DNA from: Candidatus Nomurabacteria bacterium
GTDB taxonomy: Bacteria; Patescibacteriota; Minisyncoccia; Phycocordibacterales; UBA9973
Reading direction: 5' to 3'
Assembly (NCBI GenBank): GCA_943359485.1
Contig: CALRHR010000003.1
Location: forward strand, 1 to 59,217
DNA length: 59,217 bases
Below, in pieces: positions 51,756-59,217 of the stretch. Below the pieces are notes generated by a model, which was not told the origin of the DNA, searched no databases, and saw nothing but the letters and a program-made list of their open reading frames with translations. Every line of letters starts with the position of its first letter. Position 1 is the stretch's first letter. The translations under genes and the position numbers were made by a program.

Positions 51756-53534
51756 ATGAAATTTTATTCTCAAGAAGATTTGAAAAATGAGAAATATTCT
51801 TTATTTGAGCTGTTGAAGGATACACTTCAGCTCCTGAAACCATATAAATGGCGTTTCTTTTTCGCCTCCATTATAAGATTGTCTGGTGACCTGGCCAACC
51901 TGTATCCGGTTTTTGCTTTGGCTTCCATAGTTACCTTTCTCGCCCAATATAAAACGGGCGATTCACTACAGTATATTTGGTTCTTGGTAGGATTTTTTCT
52001 TTTAGCCATTATTATTAGAAATTTGAGCCAATATTTTTCTAAATATTTAGGCTTTAATATTGCTGCACAAGTAGCCATAGATTCAAACTTAAAAGCTTTA
52101 CAGCATATGTTTTTATTGGACATGTCCTGGCATGAAAAAGAAAATTCTGGGAATAAAATAAAAAGAATTCAAAATGCTGGCGAGGGTTTTACTAAAGTTG
52201 TCCGGATTTGGTTTAATGACATTATAGAGATAATTGTAAATTTAATTGCAATTAATATTATTATTTACGGGTTTGATCGCAAGGTTTTATTTATATTGCT
52301 AATATTTCTATTTTCTTATTTTATTATTTCTTTCTTCCTAACAAGGAGAGCTGGGCAAGCTTATTATCAAGTGAATAAACAAGAGGAAAAAGTTAATGGA
52401 ATGACCTTTGAGGCAATCAGTAATATAAAAACGGTAAAAGTGATGTCTATGTCTCAAAATCTGCATAAGATTATTGGTGATCTTATGCATGAGTTGATGA
52501 AAAAAATCAAGGACAGAATTATGTGGTTTCAATTTAGGGGAAGTTTTCTTAATTTTTGGACGGCACTTTTTAAAGTCGGCATTATCGTGGTAATCATTTA
52601 TGGAATCATAAATGGTCAGTATGAAGTAGGATTCCTCATCTTATTTAATGGCTACTTTTCGGATTTGCGAGCTTCTATTGAAGAATTATCAAATGCTAAT
52701 CAAGAATTTGTAAATTCTAAATTTAGTATTGCTAGGATGAAAGATATCCTCAATGAACCTATAACTATTGATGATGAGACTGGTAAGATTTCACTCATAG
52801 CGGATTGGGGAAAAATTGTAGTGCAAGATGTATCTTTTTCATACGAAGAAAACAAGGTTCTGAATAACATTTCCTTTCAAGTTAACCGTGGTGAAAAAGT
52901 GGGGATTGTAGGTCTTTCGGGTGCAGGAAAATCAACTTTATTTAAATTACTTCTAAAAGAACGAGAAGAATTTACTGGCGAGATTTGTTTTGACAATATT
53001 TCAATAAAAAGAATAAAGAAAAACGATTATTTCAAACAAGTTTCTGTGGTACTACAAGATACCGAAGTTTTCAATTTTTCACTTCGCGACAACATCACTA
53101 TCACAAACTCTTCCCAAAAAGAAAATGAAAAGTTAGTAAATCAAGCTCTAAAGACCGCTCATCTGTTAGAATTTATTAAAAAACTTCCGCAAGGATTAGA
53201 CACAATCATTGGGGAAAAAGGAGTGAAGCTTTCTGGTGGCGAACGGCAAAGGCTAGGTATTGCTCGCGCCATATTCAAAGAACCACAAGTATTGTTGCTT
53301 GATGAAGCCACTTCACATCTGGATATAGAATCTGAAGAAAAAATCCAGGACTCACTTCACAAATTTTTTGAAAATGTTACAGCGATTGTTATTGCCCACA
53401 GGCTAACTACCATCAAAGAGATGGACAAAATTTTAGTTATCGAAGATGGAAAAATTATTGAGTCGGGGAATTTTAACGAACTTTACACGAGAAGAGGTAG
53501 GTTCTTTGAGCTTTGGGAGAAGCAGAAATTATAG
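51756..53534 (+). CDS. ABC exporter, fused permease/ATP-binding protein (MsbA-like)
   Basis: Six N-terminal TM helices, Walker A GLSGAGKST, signature LSGGERQRLGIARA, and Walker B LLLDEATSHLD. Confidence 0.9.
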   Translation: MKFYSQEDLKNEKYSLFELLKDTLQLLKPYKWRFFFASIIRLSGDLANLYPVFALASIVTFLAQYKTGDSLQYIWFLVGFFLLAIIIRNLSQYFSKYLGFNIAAQVAIDSNLKALQHMFLLDMSWHEKENSGNKIKRIQNAGEGFTKVVRIWFNDIIEIIVNLIAINIIIYGFDRKVLFILLIFLFSYFIISFFLTRRAGQAYYQVNKQEEKVNGMTFEAISNIKTVKVMSMSQNLHKIIGDLMHELMKKIKDRIMWFQFRGSFLNFWTALFKVGIIVVIIYGIINGQYEVGFLILFNGYFSDLRASIEELSNANQEFVNSKFSIARMKDILNEPITIDDETGKISLIADWGKIVVQDVSFSYEENKVLNNISFQVNRGEKVGIVGLSGAGKSTLFKLLLKEREEFTGEICFDNISIKRIKKNDYFKQVSVVLQDTEVFNFSLRDNITITNSSQKENEKLVNQALKTAHLLEFIKKLPQGLDTIIGEKGVKLSGGERQRLGIARAIFKEPQVLLLDEATSHLDIESEEKIQDSLHKFFENVTAIVIAHRLTTIKEMDKILVIEDGKIIESGNFNELYTRRGRFFELWEKQKL

Positions 53535-53817
53535 ATATATCTTGTATTGACATTGTCATTACAGTGAAAAAGTTTGTTTCACAAAAGCAGGTTTTTAAAA
53601 AACTCAGTCTTTAGTTTTTAATTAGGCCCTTTCTTGCATTTTTATCTCAAAATGCTAATCTAAATATAGATTTTACTAGTTAATCGGTTCGCGTCTAGAC
53701 ACAAAGTAGTGTTTCAATTTTCCTAAAAGTTTTAGTGACATTGTGAAACAACACTGTAGTCTGGATACGAACTATCAATCATCCGCCTTCGCCCAATAAG
53801 CTACGACGGGACAAAGT

Positions 53818-56001
53818 ATGCAAAAAAAAGAATATAGTGTAGAGATAGGAGGGAAAACTTTAACTGCTATTTTTACTGACCTAGCAGAGCAAGCGCATGG
53901 TTCGGTGATGTTGAAATATGGAGAGACAGTAGTACTAGCAACTGTTTGTATGTCCAAGGATAGTCAAAAAGGTTTAGGGTTTTTTAATTTGACTGTGGAC
54001 TATGTAGAGAGGTTCTATGCGGCTGGGAAAATTTCTGGGTCTAAATTTGTGAAAAGAGAAGGTAAGCCAAGCGAAGACGCAATACTGGCGAGTCGTGTTA
54101 TCGACCGCACCTTGCGTCCACTTTTTGATCAGTCTATTCGTCATGCTGTGCAAGTTATTGTCACAGTAATATCTTTAGATGACAACGACTCTACTATTTT
54201 GGCCGTGAATGCAGCTTCACTTGCTCTTGCTGTGTCAAATATTCCTTGGGCGGGACCTATTGGCTGTGTACGAATTGGTAAATATGATGATGATACTCTA
54301 AAAATAAATCCTTCAAACAAATTGCGTGAAGATGATTCTCAATATAAATTTGACCTGACTGTTTGTGGTAAAGATGGAAATATAAATATGATTGAAGCTT
54401 CGGCTCATCAGACTCTTGAAACAGAAATAGAAGAAGCTCTCGAAAAAGCGAGTATGGAGATAGCAAAGCTCGAAGAATTTCAGAAAAAGATTGTCAAAGA
54501 GCTTGGTAAAGAAAAAAGAGTGATAGAAAAAATAGAGATAGATCCGCAGTCGGTGAAACTTTTTAACGAAAATATAATGCCTTCAATGGAAGGAGCTATT
54601 TTTACTGGTCCTGGAAAGAAAGAAATTGATGAGTTGCATAATGTTTGGAATAAGATGGTGAAAGACCATTATCCGGAGCGAGAAGACTTTGCTTTAGAAG
54701 ACAGTCTATTTGATGATACGGAAAATCATATTTTACACGAGAAAGCGATTAACGAAAATAAGAGAGCTGATGGAAGGGCGATGGATGAAGTTCGTGACCT
54801 GTATGCTCAGGCCGGGGGAGTGTCTACTGTGCTTCATGGTTCTGGTATCTTTTATCGTGGAGGGACGCATGTTCTTTCTGTTCTCACCCTCGGTGGTCCA
54901 GAAGATAGACACATGGTTGATGGTATGCAAACTAAATCTGAAAAAAGATTTATGCACCACTACAATTTTCCACCTTACTCTGGAGGAGAAGTAGGCAGAG
55001 CTGGATTTACCAATCGTCGAGAAGTTGGGCACGGAGCACTCGCAGAAAAAGCTCTTGCTATGGTGTTGCCAAGTTTGACAGATTTTCCGTATACCATACG
55101 AGTAGTTTCTGAATCAATGGCTTCCAACGGTTCTACTTCTCAAGCTTCTATCTGTGCATCAGTACTTGCATTGATGGATGGAGGAGTTCCAATACTTGCA
55201 CCAGTTGCGGGTGTCGCCATGGGGCTGATGTTGAGCGAAGCGAAATCCCGAGTACTTGAGGGACAAGAAAACACCTCACCCCAACCCTCTCCTTATAAAG
55301 GAGAGGGAGAAATTCTAAAGTACAAAATCCTTACTGACATCCAGGGCCCTGAAGATCATCACGGAGATATGGATTTTAAAATTGCTGGTACGAGATCCGG
55401 AGTCACTGCTATACAATTAGATGTCAAAGTGGAAGGTGTGCCAATAAAAATTTTAGGAGAAGCTATGAAGCAGTCAAAGAAAGCGCGTGTTACTATTATT
55501 GATAGAATTGAAAAAGAAATTAGCGTACCGAGGGCGGGAATTTCTCCAAATGCTCCGCAGATTTTGATTATTAAAATTGATCCAAATAAAATTGGCTTGG
55601 TTATCGGTGGCGGAGGTAAAACGATCAAAGAAATTAAGGAAAAGACTGGTGCTGAAGTTACTATTGAGGATGACGGCACTGTTTACTTTACTGGTAAGGG
55701 TAACTCGGCAGAGTTGGCGAAAAAAATTGTAGAAGAAATGACACATGAATATGCGGTGGGTGAGGTGATGAAGGGAGAGGTAGTGAAGATTGCTGATTTC
55801 GGTGCTTTTGTCCAGCTAAATGAATATACAGATGGTATGGTGCACATATCTGAAATTGCGCCATTTCGTGTAGAGCGAGTTTCGGATATAATAAAGGAGG
55901 GGATGATTGTGCCGGTAAAAGTGATCAAGGTGGATAAGGAAATGGGAAGAATAAGTTTATCGATTAAACAAGCTGATGACACCTTCTTTGGAAAAAAGTA
56001 A
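53818..56001 (+). CDS. pnp: polyribonucleotide nucleotidyltransferase (PNPase)
   Basis: Two RNase PH-like domains (..RADGR.., GDMDFKIAGT), a KH domain (GGGGKTIKEI) and an S1 domain (GEVVKIADFGAFVQL). Confidence 0.95.
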   Translation: MQKKEYSVEIGGKTLTAIFTDLAEQAHGSVMLKYGETVVLATVCMSKDSQKGLGFFNLTVDYVERFYAAGKISGSKFVKREGKPSEDAILASRVIDRTLRPLFDQSIRHAVQVIVTVISLDDNDSTILAVNAASLALAVSNIPWAGPIGCVRIGKYDDDTLKINPSNKLREDDSQYKFDLTVCGKDGNINMIEASAHQTLETEIEEALEKASMEIAKLEEFQKKIVKELGKEKRVIEKIEIDPQSVKLFNENIMPSMEGAIFTGPGKKEIDELHNVWNKMVKDHYPEREDFALEDSLFDDTENHILHEKAINENKRADGRAMDEVRDLYAQAGGVSTVLHGSGIFYRGGTHVLSVLTLGGPEDRHMVDGMQTKSEKRFMHHYNFPPYSGGEVGRAGFTNRREVGHGALAEKALAMVLPSLTDFPYTIRVVSESMASNGSTSQASICASVLALMDGGVPILAPVAGVAMGLMLSEAKSRVLEGQENTSPQPSPYKGEGEILKYKILTDIQGPEDHHGDMDFKIAGTRSGVTAIQLDVKVEGVPIKILGEAMKQSKKARVTIIDRIEKEISVPRAGISPNAPQILIIKIDPNKIGLVIGGGGKTIKEIKEKTGAEVTIEDDGTVYFTGKGNSAELAKKIVEEMTHEYAVGEVMKGEVVKIADFGAFVQLNEYTDGMVHISEIAPFRVERVSDIIKEGMIVPVKVIKVDKEMGRISLSIKQADDTFFGKK
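55272..55309. repeat. GC-rich hairpin element (family D) in frame in pnp
   Basis: CACCTCACCCCAACCCTCTCCTT-ATA-AAGGAGAGGG encodes ..NTSPQPSPYKGEGE.., just upstream of the conserved ILTDIQGPEDHHGDMDFK segment. Confidence 0.7.
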
Positions 56002-56818
56002 AATAGTTCAAACTTTTGCGGAAGACATGGCGCAGGTACTTAAAGATGATAAAAGTGGTCTGGTAAAAAAGATTATCCATGGAGAGGAAGAGCGGGAAAA
56101 AGAAAAAATGGAGCTTTCTCCAGAGTCTAAGAAAAACAAGTTTTTTATGTTCTTGAGTTTTCTATTTATTTTGGCGGCTTTTAGCACTATTATTTTTTTT
56201 ACCCTCAATAGAGAGGTTTCGACTGTGCCAGTGGAAGAGCAGTTCGTGCCGCTTATCTTCAACGACAAAAGCTCCTACTTTGAAGTGAAAGATTTTCAAA
56301 AAGAGGAAGTCGAGCAAACTGTTTTAAATGAGGTTGGGAAGACGGAAGTAAAAACTGGAGGGGTAGAAGGCATTTACTTAACTAAAGATAAAAAGGTGGT
56401 GGGGTTGCGCGGGTTTTTGGCATTTATAAAAAGCAGTTTAGTTTTGAATAATTTTGTAGATGATAATTTCCTACTGGGAGTTGTAAATGACGACAGTAGC
56501 AAAGATTTTTTTATCTTACTAAAAGTAAGGGAATTACCTGATGTTTTCGATACTCTCCGTTCTTGGGAGGGTAAAATCTTTCTTGATTTACACGGATTTT
56601 TTGGAATTCAAGTTTCTTCCGAGACTAAATATTTACTTACGAAAGATTTCGAAGACGGTATCATCCAGAACAAAAATGCCCGTATTCTCTACGACAAGGA
56701 TGGCAAGATAGTAATGATGTACATCTTCGCGGATGATAATTCGATAATTATTACAAATACCGAAAGTGCCGCACGCGAAGTCATGCTTCGTTTAGCTTCG
56801 AGCAAGGTTAAGAAATAA
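55976..56818 (+). CDS. membrane-anchored hypothetical protein
   Basis: A single TM segment (FFMFLSFLFILAAFSTIIFF) followed by a ~200-aa domain. An alternative start is possible at 56027. Confidence 0.45.
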   Translation: MTPSLEKSKIVQTFAEDMAQVLKDDKSGLVKKIIHGEEEREKEKMELSPESKKNKFFMFLSFLFILAAFSTIIFFTLNREVSTVPVEEQFVPLIFNDKSSYFEVKDFQKEEVEQTVLNEVGKTEVKTGGVEGIYLTKDKKVVGLRGFLAFIKSSLVLNNFVDDNFLLGVVNDDSSKDFFILLKVRELPDVFDTLRSWEGKIFLDLHGFFGIQVSSETKYLLTKDFEDGIIQNKNARILYDKDGKIVMMYIFADDNSIIITNTESAAREVMLRLASSKVKK

Positions 56819-56856
56819 AATTTAGCAATAACAGACGGTCGTCCACTAATGCTATA

Positions 56857-58503
56857 TTACTCTACCGCATCCAACTCCACAAAAAAAGTGGAGCCCTTAT
56901 TTAGTTCAGATTCTACCCATACACGGCCCTTATGGGCTTCAATTATTAGTTTGACTGAATACAGTCCGTAACCAGTCGAGTCCACATTCACTTTGACCGA
57001 GTTCTTGCCTCGTCCACCTTCCGTAAATAAAGTTTTTTTATCTTCATCAGTTATTCCTATTCCAGTATCTTTAATAGAAAGTTTAACTTTTCCATTGCCA
57101 TCTTCGAGTCTGATAGTTATTTTTCCTGTTTTTGTGTATTTAATAGAGTTATCAATTAAATTATTTATCGCTTCTTTGAGCCAGAAAGCATCACCGAGTA
57201 CATTGTAAGTATCTTCTTTTGTTTCGCTCTCTATCTGAAGTCCCTTGGCTTCAGCCTGGATTCTCTTGTCAGATAAAGTTTTCAGAATTATTTCTTTAAA
57301 ATCAATCTTTTTCATTTCATACTTAACATTTCCTTTTTGCAAATTGTCCGCGTTTAGCACCAAGTCCACTGTTTCAATTCCTGTATTATCTGATTCCAAT
57401 CCTTGCTTTGCGTATTTTTTGATTTCTGGAGTTGTCTCGCCAAAAGTTCCGTCCAAAATTCCCGCAAAAATGTATTTGGATCGCGTAAACGAACCCTTCA
57501 CTTTGTGGGTTACAAGGTGCACTAGAGAATCTCTTTGCTGGATTGAATCCTTGAGTTCAGCGTTAAGTTTTGCCAATTCTTCTTTTTGTTCTATTTCGTT
57601 TTTAACACTACGAATCAACAAGTAACCAAAAATTATCGAAGCAATAAATGTAAAACCATTTAAAACAAAATTAATTGGAACTTTAATAAAGAAAAATTGT
57701 GAGCCAATTAGAATTGAGAGACCCCAGACTAGTGCCTGGGTGGCAATTAGTTTGACGTGAAATGTCTGAAACTTTACTATCATATATCCCAATAGTATAA
57801 AGAATACAAGCATTCCAGTGGGACCCCAGAAGTTAAATTCATATACCCTGGTTAGTTCACCGTAAAAATTGGATAAGAAAAATGTAGTTAAGAAAAAAGC
57901 TAAACCTATAGTAAATATTTTTATTTGACTTCTGACCGATTCATTGGTTTCCCTTCGAAGGGATGAAAAACCCATATAAATTAGCAACACAATGACTGCA
58001 GGTTCAAATACATATATCAAATTCCATAATGGCCCAACAACTCCCTCGCAATTCTGTAAATCATATGAAAATATGTTAAATTTGGTCGGAAGTAAAGAAA
58101 TGGCAAATAGTGCCAAAAGCCATAGAGTTAATTTCCCTGTAAAAGGTAGATCTTTCTTATTTAAAAAACAATATGCAAAATAAATAGTCAATAAAAATAA
58201 ACCAATCTCAAAAAGGGCAGTCATTTGCCAGGCAAACATAAGGATGGTGTGGTAGGAAGCTACCCACTGGATGAGAATGTTTAAAATCCAGAAAATAAAA
58301 AACATTATTACAAACAAGAGTGACTCGCTTTGGAGGGACTTTTTATCCTCAATATAAATATAAAATCCTATCAAGATAGATGCGATAATAATTGGGATGT
58401 AAGAATAGAAAAGCAACTGTGGAGCTACCGAAAAATCAAAAATACCCAAAAATGATGGTGTTTCTTCTCCGCAAATTAAATTTCCAATAGTATTAAAATT
58501 CAT
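56857..58503 (-). CDS. sensor histidine kinase with polytopic N-terminal membrane domain
   Basis: About 8 TM segments, a coiled-coil linker, and H-box region LVHLVTHKVKGSF. HATPase_c motifs NLIDNSIKYT, DTGIGI, GYGLY. Confidence 0.85.
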   Translation of the reverse strand: MNFNTIGNLICGEETPSFLGIFDFSVAPQLLFYSYIPIIIASILIGFYIYIEDKKSLQSESLLFVIMFFIFWILNILIQWVASYHTILMFAWQMTALFEIGLFLLTIYFAYCFLNKKDLPFTGKLTLWLLALFAISLLPTKFNIFSYDLQNCEGVVGPLWNLIYVFEPAVIVLLIYMGFSSLRRETNESVRSQIKIFTIGLAFFLTTFFLSNFYGELTRVYEFNFWGPTGMLVFFILLGYMIVKFQTFHVKLIATQALVWGLSILIGSQFFFIKVPINFVLNGFTFIASIIFGYLLIRSVKNEIEQKEELAKLNAELKDSIQQRDSLVHLVTHKVKGSFTRSKYIFAGILDGTFGETTPEIKKYAKQGLESDNTGIETVDLVLNADNLQKGNVKYEMKKIDFKEIILKTLSDKRIQAEAKGLQIESETKEDTYNVLGDAFWLKEAINNLIDNSIKYTKTGKITIRLEDGNGKVKLSIKDTGIGITDEDKKTLFTEGGRGKNSVKVNVDSTGYGLYSVKLIIEAHKGRVWVESELNKGSTFFVELDAVE

Positions 58504-58508
58504 AATTT

Positions 58509-58664
58509 TTATTCAATATCTTGAATATCAGAATCAGATTCAATATTAACAACCTCAAAGTTTTTTTTGATTATTGTTTGATGATATGTAATTCCAACAG
58601 AAATTACTAAAGCAATTACCATAACAACCACGAGAATCGTCTCTTTTCGATTTAAAGATAGCAT
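58509..58664 (-). CDS. small single-TM hypothetical protein (not in the ORF track)
   Basis: Hand translation gives MLSLNRKETILVVVMVIALVISVGITYHQTIIKKNFEVVNIESDSDIQDIE*. It ends 5 nt before the kinase start. Confidence 0.3.
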   Translation of the reverse strand: MLSLNRKETILVVVMVIALVISVGITYHQTIIKKNFEVVNIESDSDIQDIE

Positions 58665-58696
58665 AGCTGAATTATACTATTAAAGTGCCACTTGTA

Positions 58697-59217
58697 TCAA
58701 ACTATATTCTCTACAAAGAATTTTTTTAAAAAAGAATTAGGTTTATAGTTCATCTTTGATTTTCGCAAGCCTAGTATGCCCAGATCTTGCTCCCAGTTGT
58801 AATACTTGATTTTTTTGGTGTTGAGCGATTTTGCTTCTTCCCAATTTAAAATATCGTAAATGGCCGAATGGTGTTTTGTATCCGCTTTTGAGAAGTGGGC
58901 AAGTGCATAATTTTCTGAGATAATTTCATACGCAGTAAATCCTATCAAAGTTGTATTTTTATATAAAGATACAACTTCAATATTGTCATTTTTTATCTCC
59001 ATGAATCTTTTAAGTGCCTGATATTCATTTGATTCAAAATGATTTTCTATTTTTTTAGTTTCTGCCCACTTTCCAAATATTTCCAAATACTCTTTTTTTG
59101 ATATTTCTTTTAAAGGAGAAATTTTTACTAAATAATCGGGGTGTGATTGTAAAAATTTTTCTATGCCCTTACTTGACCGGTGTCCAGACCAATTATGTAT
59201 ATTCTTCAAGTCTTCAA
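58697..59217 (-). CDS. hypothetical protein, possibly GNAT-fold/DUF2156-like; 5' end outside window
   Basis: The frame remains open upstream of the listed TTG start to the window edge. The C-terminal ..EQDLGILGLRKSKMNYKP.. resembles the DUF2156 C-terminal region. Confidence 0.35.
   Translation of the reverse strand, partial: EDLKNIHNWSGHRSSKGIEKFLQSHPDYLVKISPLKEISKKEYLEIFGKWAETKKIENHFESNEYQALKRFMEIKNDNIEVVSLYKNTTLIGFTAYEIISENYALAHFSKADTKHHSAIYDILNWEEAKSLNTKKIKYYNWEQDLGILGLRKSKMNYKPNSFLKKFFVENIV

Noticed and set aside
53570-53755. Additional parS sites upstream of pnp (GTTTCAC and GTGAAAC occurrences)
   Set aside because: Only half-sites are present. No 16-mer has fewer than four mismatches to the parS palindrome. 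More likely this is part of a leader hairpin.

Overview
AT-rich bacterial chromosomal window. Gene content and protein style suggest a Candidate Phyla Radiation (Patescibacteria)-type genome, which is an inference. It contains the origin-proximal block dnaN-dnaA / rpmH-rnpA-yidD-yidC-jag and many housekeeping genes: polA, a lone PilB/GspE-type ATPase, ruvB, ruvC, tyrS, PBP1A, rsmA/ksgA, pcrA/uvrD, cca, xth, xerC/D, rpsO and pnp. It also holds four tRNAs without encoded CCA, a RelB/RelE-type TA pair and a sensor kinase. A ~14.5 kb co-directional minus-strand cluster (18.8-33.1 kb) encodes a Gram-positive/CPR-style type IV secretion-like apparatus. Its parts are VirB4 (apparently split), PrgI/VirB3-like, VirB6/TrbL-like and a pilin-lytic transglycosylase fusion, plus large uncharacterised exported proteins. 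The most unusual property is the load of short structured repeats. (1) A CTAG-based hexamer-phased palindromic family (CTAGGC/GCCTAA) punctuates the T4SS-like operon, supplies stop codons, sits between the two VirB4 pieces, brackets a four-helix-bundle (23S-IVS/Avd-like) gene and lies in frame inside rsmA. (2) GC-rich hairpin elements are inserted in frame in polA, jag, rsmA (twice) and pnp. (3) GTGAGAGTCTAAAGCTCTCAC hairpins surround a decayed HUH/Y1 (RAYT-like) transposase gene. (4) There is a CTCTGAGAGT..CAGACTCGAAYGAG family. (5) Several stand-alone inverted-repeat elements occur, one bracketing a GIY-YIG gene. A dense cluster of parS-like 16-mers with DnaA boxes lies at ~42.7-43.7 kb and coincides with a switch in gene orientation. 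This raises the question of whether the functional origin/centromere is there rather than (or as well as) next to dnaA. All calls come from reading the sequence and ORF translations only; no searches were run.
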